From assembly GCA_000388065.2 (NCBI GenBank), contig KB932201.1: a DNA stretch of 30,952 nt. One strand, written 5' to 3'. The position numbers were made by a program, and so were the translations under genes. The notes beneath the pieces are model-generated. The model did not search any database. It worked only from the letters and a program-made list of their open reading frames with translations, and was not told where the DNA came from. The stretch is from Fonticula alba ATCC 38817 (lineage: Eukaryota; Protista; Nucleariida). Positions 10,880 to 22,576 of the stretch are shown here, piece by piece; position 1 is the first letter of the stretch, and each line of letters opens with the position of its first letter.

Positions 10880-12215
10880 ATGCAACGTTAGCTTTCGCCG
10901 CGCGCGCGCACCCTGCCGTGTGTGTCGGGTGCGTTCCTCTCTCTCTCTCTTCCTCCTTTGCGTGCGCTCTCCATCCACTGGCGTGCCATTTCCCCCCTCT
11001 CTACCACCCCGCCGCACCTCTCCGCTGACGCGTACCTCAGTGTGTATATGTGTGTGCTCACCTGCTTCCGACGCCGTTCTCTCTCTCTCTCTCCCCCCTG
11101 CCCCCGACGCTGCTCGCGATGTGGTTTCTCCTGGATCCCTAATGGCTTGGGCTCTCTGTTTTGGCGGCGTGCTTCCTCCCTCTCCTCCTACAGACACACA
11201 ATATACGCTTAGCATAACTCTCTTCTTTACACAACAGAGATTTGAATCAGCCAGGGGGGGGGGCGGCGGGCGCGGGTGTTTGTGCCTGTCTGTGTCTCCT
11301 CCTCTCCTTTGCTTGCGCCTTCTCCTCTTGCCTCTGTTGCGTGCCGCCCGACCTTGCATGAGAGAGAGAGCCCCGGAGGCGAGGGAGACGGGCGCGTGTA
11401 TTCTCGTTCACTCCTCGGGCGGGGTGGGTATAGGAGGGGAGGAAGGTGGGCGCGTCTCTCGTGTGTCTCCTCCGCCCTTTTTTGCCCCTGTCTTCGAGTT
11501 GCGTTCTCCCTTCCGGCGTCTTTCCTCTGGGACAGTAGCATCTGGGCTCTCTTTTCTCCGGGGTCGCGCGGGAGTGTGTGTGGCGTGGCCGGTTCTTCAC
11601 GGTGTGCATGGTCTGCCGCTGTGACCGGCTCCCCCGTCCGTTGCCGGTGTGAAAGACCCTTCCCTGCGCACACACTGCGACGGCCCTATTATCCTGAGCG
11701 ACTCCCGGGAGAGAGGACACGGCACACAAGCAGATCGCCGCTCCACTTGATCTGCTCTTCGGCGGCTGGCGAGAGGCCCCGCAGAACAGCGGGCGAGAGA
11801 CAACCCATCCGGCATCACGGGTCATGGGGTCACGCCCGCCGTGGTCTCCGTTTCCGAGCACCCCGGCTCCTGCTTGGGGGGGGAGGCTGTCCGGGGGCAC
11901 ACGCCCCGGCCGGCCGGGTGGCAGCTCGTAGGCCAGGCGCGCATGTGCCAACGAACACATGGTGCAGCAGGGCCTTTCTGTCGCCCATACCAGACACCTT
12001 CTGGAGTTCTCCGACCGGGAGGGGCCCCCATTGGTGAGGCTGTGTCCTCGGCACGGCGGCGAGGCCGCAGGGTCGGAAGCGCGTGCTGCGAGCGTAAAGG
12101 CGTGTATTGTGCACGGGAGAGTGAGCGGGGAGGGGGGATGTCTGCTGGGGGGATAATGTACAGTGTGCGCAGGGAGCGACCAAGGGCAGGCAGGGCCCGG
12201 AGGTGGGATGCCGCG

Positions 12216-14837
12216 CTACAGATACTCGGCATCGGTGTCGCCACAATCCCGAAGGAGGGCCTCTGCCTCCGGGGTATCAATCTTGGGCGCGTCGCGCACG
12301 AGGCGAGTCAGCAGGATGCGCAGCAAAATGCGCATCAAAAGCAGGCTGCCGGGGGGAAATCAGGTTGTCAATATCGATGTGTGTGTGTGTGTGTGTGTGT
12401 AAGTATAGCGACTGGGTGCCATACCAAGCGAAGGTGGCGCCAATGATCAGAGCGACCCCTGTGCGGCCAAAATGGGCTGAGAGGGGGTTGGCGATGGACT
12501 CGATGCAGATGAAAACAACCTTGTCCGAAGTTGAGACATGTCTCGTTAGTTGTGTGCGCGCGCGTGGTTGTGTATCCACCGACATGCACCCTGTCGGGAG
12601 ACATATGCTGCCTAAATGGACGCACCACGCTGCAAATGGGGACCGGATTGAACTTGATCCGGCGCGCGGCGATCGCGGTGTTGCGATAGGACTAGGTGGA
12701 TCGGGCCGGGGGTCAGGGGGATGTGCCGTTCAAACGATGGGCAGAGAGGAAAGATGGGATTCCTCGCCTCGAGCGCGCAATTCCGGGCGGCAGGCAACAT
12801 GGCAGCCGGGTGGGATCGCACCTTTAGCATGACGCGAAGGGAGCCGGAGAAGGCACTGTAAAGCCTGGAGGGAAGACGTGCCCGGCGCGAAACGCATGCA
12901 TGCTTGATGGCGTCAACGAGCAGCTCCGAGAGGGCGAGCATCAGGTAGGGCTTGAGGAGGCTGCGTGATGGGTGGATGGTCAGGGGGAGGCAGGCGGGCG
13001 ATGTGAAAAAAAAAAAGGAAGAAAAAAGAAGAGGCAGCCTTTCAGAGCCGTGAAGGGTGTTGCAGCACGTACGCCTCAGCAAAGTAGGAGAAGATGGCCA
13101 GCCAGCCGCTCAGAGAGAGGGGCGACGAAAAGAGGACATCCAGCAGCCCCAGCTCGGAGGCATTGCGGAAGGCAATGGCCGCGCCATACACCGCAATGTG
13201 GAAGCGCTCCATGGCATCTGAGTATGTATCGCATCCGGCAAATGGTTAGATGTCACCAAGAGGGAGTGGATGCCAGTGCTGTGGGTGTGCGCACCAGTGC
13301 AGGCAAGCTCGTGGATTCCGCCGCGGTTGAATTTTTTGAAGATATAGGCCTTGATTTCGATGAACTGCGTGCTCATCAGCAAGGCGCCGAGCGCACCACC
13401 ACCATCGAGGGCATTGACAGCCACATTCAGCACGATCAGCTCCTGCAGCAAGACATGCGCATGCAGGGCTGCGTTGGCGCGTTTTTTTCCCAAAGGTATT
13501 AGCCGAGGGTCCAGTTCAACAGAGAGGCGGCGACAGAGGGAGGGAGAGAGGGAGAAGTATGTTCCACATGCAGGAGGACGAGGAGGAATGGAAGGGAAGC
13601 AGGGGGACGGGACACACCAGTGACCACGGTATAGGCCGCGGCCAGGTAGAAAACCTCACGCGGGGAGACCCCATGAGATGTGCTCGCAGCCTCAGTCCCG
13701 CCGGTGGCATGCGGCGGCATGGCCAGCTGCGGACTGCTGGACGGCGAGGCCCCTGGCGTGACTGCAGGTAGGTGGTCCTTCCGCGCGGCAGTCGAGAGGG
13801 TTCGTCCAAGATCAGCCCCAATCGGGGCCAAAATGCGTGCTGCAACTCCCAGCATGTTGACCACGACAAATAGCTTCATCGACTGTTGCCCGGCCCGCGT
13901 CGAATGGTATAGGGTCGAAGATTCGAGGAGGCGGAACCGGTACACCAGGATCGGCAAGATGATGGGCAAAAAAGCTGGGAGGTGCGCCGCGGCACTGAAC
14001 AGGAGACCGGGGCAGGGGGAGCAAGTGTGTGTGTGTGAGAGAGAGAAAGAGAGAGAGAGAGAGAGGGGGGAGGAGGGAGATAAGTTAGAGGGCCTCGGTT
14101 GAAGGTGAGCTGTTGTGGCCCGGCCAGGTGCCCGCACTATTGGATTGTGAGCTCGCCCTGGGGGAGGGAGACCAAAAGCCGGAAGGCGGCCATCGGTGCA
14201 GCCAACAGAGCAGACATGGTGGTGTGCAGGCACACCAGCCATGCGAGGCCAAGGAACTTGGAGAGGAGAAAGGCGGGCCTATGTGTCAGCAATGCATGCC
14301 AGGGGATGGGGGAGATTGCGCGCAAATACGCGGGGGGGGGGGGGGGGGGGGAGGAAAGCGCCGGTCAAGCATACCCCTTCCAGACGGAAGGGCACATCGA
14401 GCATGCTCCGGAGGCGGGCTCGGCGCTCGGCCACCAGCTCTGGCGATTCATACAGATCACTGTCGATGTCATAAATGGTCTGACTCCGGCGGGTGGTGAA
14501 ATCCTTTAGTCCCGATAGCGAGGCCCGTGGGAGGTGGACTGACAGCCGTCGAAGGCGCTCTGAGGGGGACAGGGCAATGCCCGACGCGCGCCCCCCAGGG
14601 CCATCTGACGAGGATGGCGAGCGTGAGAACATGGCCAGGAGGTGTCGAGAAAGGGGGCCATGCAACGGCCGGCCGAGAGAACATACACTGTCCAGGCTCC
14701 GTGCGTATTGTTGATGTGAGCGAGGGCCGGGGGGGGCGGCTTATCCCGGCACCAGCGGGGCGCTCGAGGATGGTGTGCGGCCTCTCCGTCCGACGCTGGT
14801 GTGTGGTGAGGGGCGAGCTCGGCACCGAGGAGGACAT
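12216..14837 (-). CDS. TAPT1: TAPT1/EMP65 (DUF747)-family ER membrane protein, about 541 aa; exons 14837-14687, 14604-14375, 14256-14138, 13994-13618, 13468-13295, 13217-13073, 12960-12822, 12691-12626, 12519-12425, 12345-12216
   Basis: Ten exons join in frame through GT-AG introns. The motifs AERRARLRSMLDVPFRLE, LYHSTRAGQQSMKLFVVVNML, LNVAVN...LMSTQFIEIKAYIFKKF, DAMERF..RN, SELLVDAIKHA and ARRIKFNPVP match my recollection of the TAPT1/EMP65 family order and spacing. No database search was run. Confidence 0.85.
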
Positions 14838-15280
14838 GCCTGCATCGGCCGCAGCGTGGGTGTTTGTCCAAGCGCAAGTGTGGGGCGGCGAAGCGGAGAG
14901 AGTTTCGTGGCAAGCGGAGGGGAGGGGGAGGAAGGGGCGGATGGAGGGGGGGGGGGGATGAAGGAGGGAGTGTTGGTAGGGAGGGAGCGGGCTCCTGGGA
15001 GGCCACACGGTGCGCGGTCAAATGGGGAACGAGTGTAAGTGCACAAGCGGATGCCTCCAGTCTATCCACCGGTGTATGTCCGGGAGGCGTGTATGTGTGT
15101 GTGTGTGTGGGTGCCTGTGCGCGTTGGAGTTCGCAAGATGAAGCGGGCGTCGATCAACTCCCGACGAATGACATGATCATGCACGATACTATCACGCGCG
15201 TGTCACGCCGCGAATGGGACCAGCGACCAACGCATGGCTCAGGGGCGCGCGCCCTGGTATTACACCCAGCTCCTGGTCCG

Positions 15281-15286
<6 letters not shown>

Positions 15287-15355
<69 letters not shown>

Positions 15356-15391
15356 GACTGGAGTTCAGACGTGTGGGGGGGGGGGGGGGGG
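15287..15391. repeat. Poly-G tract (about 67 G, then about 17 G) surrounding the adapter fragment
   Basis: Read directly from the sequence. Confidence 0.9.
15354..15375 (+). other. Illumina TruSeq adapter/read-2 primer fragment (assembly artefact)
   Basis: GTGACTGGAGTTCAGACGTGTG is an exact 22-nt match to the start of GTGACTGGAGTTCAGACGTGTGCTCTTCCGATCT and is flanked on both sides by G runs. Confidence 0.93.
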
Positions 15392-16380
15392 AGTCAACTC
15401 ACCAAGGGGGATGCTGAGTGCTTGGCGTCGGAGCCTGCGCCTGCGCATTCTTGGGGGACGCCCTCCGGTTCGGACAAACGCGTGTTTGAGGGCGAGTATG
15501 AGCAAGCGTCGCTGGCTGTGTCTGGTGTGTGTGTGATATACATGTGTGTCTTCGTGGGAGTCGGTGCATACACACTTGCAGCGCGTGCGCGCGTGTGCGA
15601 CCCCCCGCGAGCGTGAAGTCGAGCATCGCAGGTGGATGTGTGGCTTGGGAGTGAACGCCCCCCTGTGAATGTAGGTGGCCTTTTCGCCAGTGACGCGCCC
15701 TTCACACAGCACTTGGGACATCTAATGGGCTGGGGGCTTTACCGAGGCCAGCGCGCACACTGGCAGGCAGTCCGAACGCCCCCGGGGAGCCGAGTGTGGA
15801 CTGGGGGAGAAAGGGCCTGAATATGCCTGGGCCTGCGTGGCCGTCCCAGCAGGTGTTAAGGTCCGCCCCGCCCCCCGCCCCCGCCCCCCCCCCGGGCAAG
15901 TGAAATGCTTGGCGGCAGTGGTTCTTGTCCGGCCTGCCAGATGATTGATCCGTGTGCGCGCTTTGAGGGGCCCGTCTGGGCCTCCCCCCGCGCCTCCCCC
16001 TTCGCCGGATGAGCCCGCGCGGGCACCTCACCTGGGCAACGGCCACCGGTGTGTGTGTGTGTGTGAGCGGACGCGGCCTACGTCACGCATAGGGTGCCAG
16101 CTTCCTCGGTCAGAGGCAGCTGTGACGACCGCGGCATAAACAACAAACAACCGGACGCCGGGGGCGAGACTGGTCCTTGAGCAGCCGAGGAGCTGAGCGC
16201 GCAAAATACGCGCCGAGGAAGGCATGAGCCGAGACAGGGGTGCGGGATGGGTGGGTGCGGGGGGGTGCTTCGCCACCGACCGGCCTGTGGCCGTGTCCTT
16301 CGGGCGCTACTTAATCTAATGGCCCGCCTCCGGGGGAATGCACTTCGTCTGTCTGGATTAAGGAATGCAACTGGCGGCAT

Positions 16381-16415
<35 letters not shown>

Positions 16416-17544
16416 GACGGCGCTCGTGGCTGGCCCGCAGGTCAACGTCCATTCCCGCGCCCTGGCAGCGGCGACAACACCCCCTTGGCGGGACGGGGCG
16501 GGGCGGGAAGGGAGGGGCTCTGCACCGAGGGGCGGCCGTGCGCGCCCCCGTCCCGCGCGGCCGCCCCGCCCCAGAGCCCCTCCACGCGACTGCCCTGAGA
16601 TGCGGACTGGCTGCTCCGCGGCGACTCAGCGTACAGCCTGCGATTTTGGCAACAGGGGAGGGGGCGGGCCGGGCCGGGCCGGGGCCACAAGAAGGGGCTG
16701 GGGCCGGGGCGCCAGTCGCGTTACAGTTGCAGTTGCCAGAGCCGAGCTTGGGCAACTGCCTCTCGCCCTGGGCGACCTCCAGGTGTCCGCCCCGGAGTCG
16801 GGCCAGCCACGGCGCGGGTGCCCGCAGATTCAGGTCCGCCCGCCCCCTTCCTCGCCGGCCTCTTCGGGGTGGGGAACAAGCCGGGGCAAGTGGGCGAAGC
16901 GGCCTCCCCGCCCTTGAGACTCCTGCTGGCCTATACGCGCAGATGGGGAGGACCCTTGCCCTGTCCCCTCAACTTGGAACTCAGGGGTTCGCGCTGTGCC
17001 CTCCGCTTTCCAAGTGTTCAGGCGAACTTCACACATCCGCTGCCCTTCCCCCCTGAACTCCCAGCGCTTCCATCCGATCGTATCTCTGGTGGTTGATGAG
17101 CACTTGGAAAGTTGTGAGGCGAGAGAAAGAGAGAGGGAGAGAGAGAGAGAGAATACCATCTGCGGCACCCACTCCCGGCGGCCCCCTACCCGGGCCACAG
17201 TACCGCGTTCGTGGCTCAGGGAAAAATGGGGCGCCCGGGACCGGTGAAGGGGCGGAAGACCCCTTGCGGGGCTTGCAATGCAATATGCTCGAAATAATAA
17301 TAATAAGACACATACGCCTGTGTGCACGCGGCCCCTCTTGTCGGCCGACAAGTCAAGAGGGGGGGGGGAGGTTGCCCGCAACTGCGTCCTGCCCTGTAGT
17401 CGCCACACCCATAAAAGGGGCGTTGTCGACCACCAGCGCGGCCCGGGGGGGGGGGGGGGGGGCAGCAACGGGGCAGGACAGACACGCCTGCGGGTCTTGT
17501 TCCGCCAATAATTGCCCCGAGTGTTCCCCAGCGGGGCGGGGCAG

Positions 17545-17634
17545 CGGGGGGGGGGGGGGGGGGGGGGGGGCGGGGGGGGGGCGGGGGGGGGGGGGGGGGG
17601 GGGGGGGGTGGGGCCCCGGCGGGGGGGGGGGGGG
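17545..17634. repeat. Interrupted poly-G tract
   Basis: Read directly. Similar G/C homopolymers occur at 1-16, 817-872, 16381-16414, 17444-17462 and 29051-29074. Confidence 0.85.
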
Positions 17635-18326
17635 CGAGGGGACTCCCGACCTGCCTCCCTGGCCTCAGATATAGGGGGTCATCCACTGTCCCCTCATTCG
17701 AGAAATGGCCATCCCCCTGGAGGGGGGGGCGCGGGGTACACACATGTGGTCCCCCGGCGGCTGGCCCGAATGATGCCCAGCAGCCCGCCCCCCCCCCGCC
17801 GCCCAGGATCTTGTTTCCCGCTTGCGAGGAAGGGGCGGAGCATGCCCCGCCATATCCCGCCCCCGCGCCCCAGCCCCCTTTCGGGCACACATACAAGCTT
17901 TCATGCGTTCGTCGGGCGCATCAGCTTGGGGTAGTGACCAGCCCAGGGCTCCGTCGGCGGGCGGCGTGCTTCGCGGTCCCACTTCCGGCGTTGCATGGCC
18001 CTGTTCCACTCCCCCCCCCCGCCCCCCCGCGGCTTGGATGAAATCGTCCCCGGGCGTGGTTGATCAGCCGCCGCCGCCAGGGAACCCTCGGCCCCCCGGG
18101 CGATGTCGCAACCCGGCTCCTCTCCTCCCTCCTTCCATACGCGTGCCCCACTCCTCCCCCCCCCTCCCTGCCTCACCGCCCCACCGCCTCGCCGCTCCTT
18201 CCTGCCCCCTGTGAGGGTCTCGCCCGGCCCGCCGCACAGAGCCTTCTCCAGATCGGTCGCCGGCCCCGACCTGATCTTCCCCCGGTCTCCGCTCGCGCGC
18301 GCACCACATACACACACACACACAGC

Positions 18327-21300
18327 ATGTCCTCTTCCTTCCTCTCGCACTCGCACGCCTCGTCGGTGGATGTCACAATCCCGACTGTGCGGACCCGGAC
18401 GTCTGGGTCGACGGAGATCACGGTTCGTCCATGTCCATGCGCCTCCGCTGTGTCTCCGCGGACAAAGACCAGCCTTTCTCCCTGTCGCCCCGTCTACTAA
18501 CTCCATGCCCCCTCTGCCTCCCCCTACTCCCTCCCTCCTTCCCCCTCCCCCCCTCTCTCTCTCTCCCCCCCTCGTCCCTCCTGTGCATGTTGTCCCTCCC
18601 TCCACCTAGGTTTATGACATCGTGCTGAATGGCAACCTCTTCTGCTGTGCTCGTTTCAGCGACCTCCACCGCCTCTACCAACTGGTATGTGCTGGCATAT
18701 GCTCCTCTATCTGCCCCCCTCCCCCACCACCCCTCTGCGCCTGCTTTCTTTCACCCACTCTTGCTGATCATTTCCTTGCCTCTCCTCTTGTGGCAGGTTG
18801 AGACTCGCCTCCCCCCCAGTACACCCATCTTCCCACCTAAGCAGGTGGCTGCTTCTTCGCTAAAGATCAACCTCTTTTCCCTGTCTGGCTCGGACATTGA
18901 GCGGCGGCGGGCGCAGCTGGAGAGCTGGCTTCGTGTGGCCATTTTCTCCGCTCCGTCCCCAGCGGCTCCGGCCCTTTTCAACTCGCGCGACGTCCGCGCC
19001 TTCCTCTTCAGCGTGCGCCCTCTCTCCTCCTTTCTCTCTCCCTCTCTCCAATGCGACTAATCTCTCTTCCCCTCCCTTCCCCCCCCCCTGTCTCCCTGCC
19101 TCCCTCTCTCCCTCTCTCTCTCTCTCTCTCGCTCCCCCACCCCTGCGATGGCTTTCTCAGCTCCGGGACTCGTTCATCCGATCTTTGACCACCAGGCAGA
19201 TGGTGCACGCCGTGGTGCAGCTTCCCCAATGCGATGCCGAGACGACGGTGGAGAACCGGCCGATCATTCTGCGCACTGATATTGCCAGCACCTGTCGCCA
19301 TTTCACTCTCGGTGCCCTTGAGGCCCGGGACATGCCCTTTGGCCTGCTGGAGTGCATGTCCCTTTTCGTCGAGGGTCCCGACGGCTACGGTTCGTTTCTC
19401 ACTCCACCTCCCTTACTCCACCCCCATCCATTGTACTTACCTCTGTCCTTCCCTCTCCCCCCCCTCTCTCTCTCTCTCTCTCCCCTCTCCTCATACGTTT
19501 CTTCCTGCTTCTCTCCTTCCTCCCAAACAGAGTACAAGTTCCTCTCCGAGGACTATCCTCTCCTGTCGATGCTGGTCCCGGAAATTGGCTCGCAAAACCC
19601 GGTGGCCGCAGCAATCTACCTTGGGTCGCTGCCGGCGGACCAGCTGGCACAGCTCCTGCAGGGCGTAAGCGCACAGGCGGCATCCCTGCCCCTGGACCAG
19701 CGCTCCCCGCCCTTCACCCATCCCCTTCCCACTAGCGACACCGCCTCGACCAACGGTCTGAATGGGGCAGCATCTGCCGAGAGTGCCGAGCCACAGCCCA
19801 CTTTCAACCCACCGCTGACCATGCAGGACACCGGCTGGACGGAGCGTGTGCCGACCACCACGTCGGCCGAGCCGCAGCTTTCCTTCCAGCTCCGGCCGTG
19901 GCTTTTCTCTCCCGATGCCTCCTCGGACAAGTCCTTTGCCTTTGATGCTCTTGGCATGTTCCTCAATGACGAGCAGGCCGCGGCCATGCTTTTTGCCGAG
20001 GTACGCCCGAATCCCCCCCCCCCCCCTTCACTCCCACTCTTATGGAGTTTCTCTCCCTCTCTCTCTCTCTCCCTTCCCATCTCCCGTGGCTGGTCTGCTA
20101 CATACATCTGCCGGCCTCCTATGACTCACCCCACTTCTCTGTCCCCTTCCCACGCACGATCTCCCGGTCGCCGACCACCTCACAGACCCAGAACAAGATC
20201 CAAACCGGTGTGATTCCACCTCTCTCCGCCGAGATGCGCCGCAAGCTGATGCGCCTGCCGCGTGAGAATTTCACGCTTTACATTACCTCGGTGTGTTCTC
20301 CCTCTGCACCAGGTTCCCTCCTTTCCTCTGGCCACTTCGCCCCGCAATGCCTCCCCCTCTTTCTCTTTCTCTCTCTCCCCCTCTCCCTCCCTCTCACACG
20401 CATTCGCACACATCCGACCACCTGGGCATATCTCTTCCTCCTTCGGTTGGCCATCACGACCATGAGCACAGTACCTCGAGGAGCTCTCCCAAATGGCCGG
20501 CTTTTACAATCTCCTTATCCCCAACTGCAGTACCAATTGGTTCCCCTCCCAGGAGGTAGTCTCGACACTCACCAAGCCCGTGGACTCGGTGGATACAGGC
20601 ATGGAGTTCCGCTGTAATGTCATTATTGGACTGGCCGGCTTTTATTTGGAGCCGATCGTGGATCCGGAGCAGACGGCACCGGGGAGCCCTGGGGCCACCA
20701 CGCCGCCCGGGCCTCTGCCCACCTTCCACATTGAGTGGAACCGACTGAAGTCCTGGTCTTCGCACTTTGCCAAGAGCCGTCTCGGACTGGAGTACATCCC
20801 CCCGGCCTTTGGAATGCCCACCTATGACTTCATCCCGCCGAGCCAGAAGCAGATGCACATTTGCCTGCAGACATCGCAGGTTTGTCTCCTCCGCATCAAA
20901 TTGCCGTTCTGTCCACCGCCTCCCTTCCTCCCCCCTTCCCCCCTCTTCCTCTCCTTCTCGCTGTCCCCCATCCATCCATCTAACACCCTTCTCTCCTCTT
21001 CCGTCGCCCTGCTGCACATCGACCCCCGGTTCGCCACCCTCCTCTCTCCTCCCGACAAAACGACAGCATACGTCTCTCGTGTCGGCGCTGCACACGGTGG
21101 TGGCCATTCTCCAGCGCCGCATCAAGCTGTCCTCCACGTCGAACTTGTCGGCTCTGACTCGGCAGCCTTCAATCTCTTCGTCGTCCACCTCGTCTCACAA
21201 GCAGCGGCGACTCTTCTCCCGGAGGTCGAGCACCAGCTCCTCCAATAGTGCTGGCAGTGGCTCGCTCTCCTGGCTGCCTAACCGCTTCAGCTCCATGCTA

Positions 21301-21653
21301 TCCTTCAGCTCATCAAGCCCCGGGTCGCCAGCTGGCCGCGGGACCGCCCCCGCCGCCGGCGGCCAGGGGAGCACCATCAGCATTGGCGGCACGTCGCTGG
21401 CCGACACCATCTCCGTGAGTGTGCGTTTTTGTGCCTGTGTCCACCTTTGTCCCGATCTCCCATGCCTGTGCTTCATTTCATGCCTTGCTCCTGCGCTTGG
21501 TTCGACGTCTGACCCTCCTCCTTCTCTGATTGTCCTCGCCCCCCCCCCCCCCCCCCTCGCCCTCGCGCAATCCCATCCCATCCTGTGGCCAATCATTTCC
21601 TCCCTGCAATCTCCCAGTCGACTGCCGAGGATCGTTACGACTCCCAGCTCTGA
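18327..21653 (+). CDS. SNX17/SNX31-like PX + FERM-like sorting nexin, about 660 aa; exons 18327-18422, 18610-18684, 18797-19012, 19161-19389, 19531-20000, 20186-20290, 20472-20879, 21067-21414, 21618-21653
   Basis: The PX domain VYDIVLNGNLFCCARFSDLHRLYQL...FPPK...LFSLSGSDIERRRAQLESWL closely parallels SNX17 (YNIHVNGVLHCRVRYSQL...FPPKKLFSL...EQRREQLEKY). It is followed by RA/F1-, F2- and F3-like segments (LRPWLF, GFYNLLIPNC, NRLKSW, LGLEY). All junctions are GT-AG and frame-consistent. The start codon and last exon are less certain. Confidence 0.8.
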
Positions 21654-22576
21654 CGTCCAAGCGTCAGCCAGAGGAAAAGCGCAAGGAGACATGCCATTCT
21701 GCCAGGCACTTCGTGTGACATGCTGCCCCGGAGTGCCTCTCCTCTTCCGACCCTCTCCCCTCCCTATCTACGCTGCGCTTCCTCAGCACCACACCGTGAC
21801 CCGCGTTTGTGGTGATAATAAAAATGTTTACACATTTGTTGGGCGTTTTCCTTCCATGCCAGCGACGTGGGCTCTCCTCTCTCCTGCGCCTCTGCCGAGC
21901 TCCCCCCCCCCGCTCCCCTTTGCGTCGGCCCCGAGGCGCGGGAAAGGGGCCGAAAGGGTGAGGAAGCAACGCTCGCTCGCTCGTGCCTGGCGCGCCCCCC
22001 GGAGGATGGTTTTTCGGTTGGCTGAGATGTGATCGTGGGGAGAGCAAGTGGCGTTGGCACTTGGGGTGTCCTGTTGGCGAGGCACTTGCGAGCCTCTAAC
22101 GCATATCCAACCGACCGCGATTGTCGGGCTCCCGGGTGAGATGTCTTTGTCCCGGCCGGCTTCCATGAGGCGGATACGTCCATGCGTAAAGGAGCTTGTG
22201 AATGGGGGCGTACATACGCACGGCGTGGGGAGACCCTGGCCTATCTGTTCTTTTCTCTGTCGCCCTCCCGTTCGAAGCCGAGCACCTGGCACCTTTTCCT
22301 TCTGCCGCTTTCTGGCATTTAGGCAACCATGACCGGACGTTTGCCAGCTCCCCTGATACACCTGACACACAGCCCTCCCTCCCTCCCTCCTCTCCCTCCC
22401 TCTCTCTCTCTCTCTCTCTCTCTTTCCTCACGCCCTCGCCTGTATTTTCCCCCTTCGGACCGCCAGCTAGCCCATCCTGAGCCTCCCTCCTCAGTCATCC
22501 CCCCGCCTGTCTTTCCTTCCCCCCTCTCGGCCCTTCCCTCCCTCTCGCTGTACCTCCCCCTGCTCTCGTGCGGTCC

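Noticed and set aside
14150-14160. Non-canonical GC donor (G|GCGAGC) in TAPT1
   Set aside because: Not needed: the canonical GTGCGG donor at 14137 gives the right phase and a better alignment.
7272-16924. Shared 12-mer CTTGAGACTCCT upstream of RPL5 (7272-7283, minus) and at 16913-16924
   Set aside because: Many 12-mer matches are expected by chance in 31 kb, and there is no flanking similarity.
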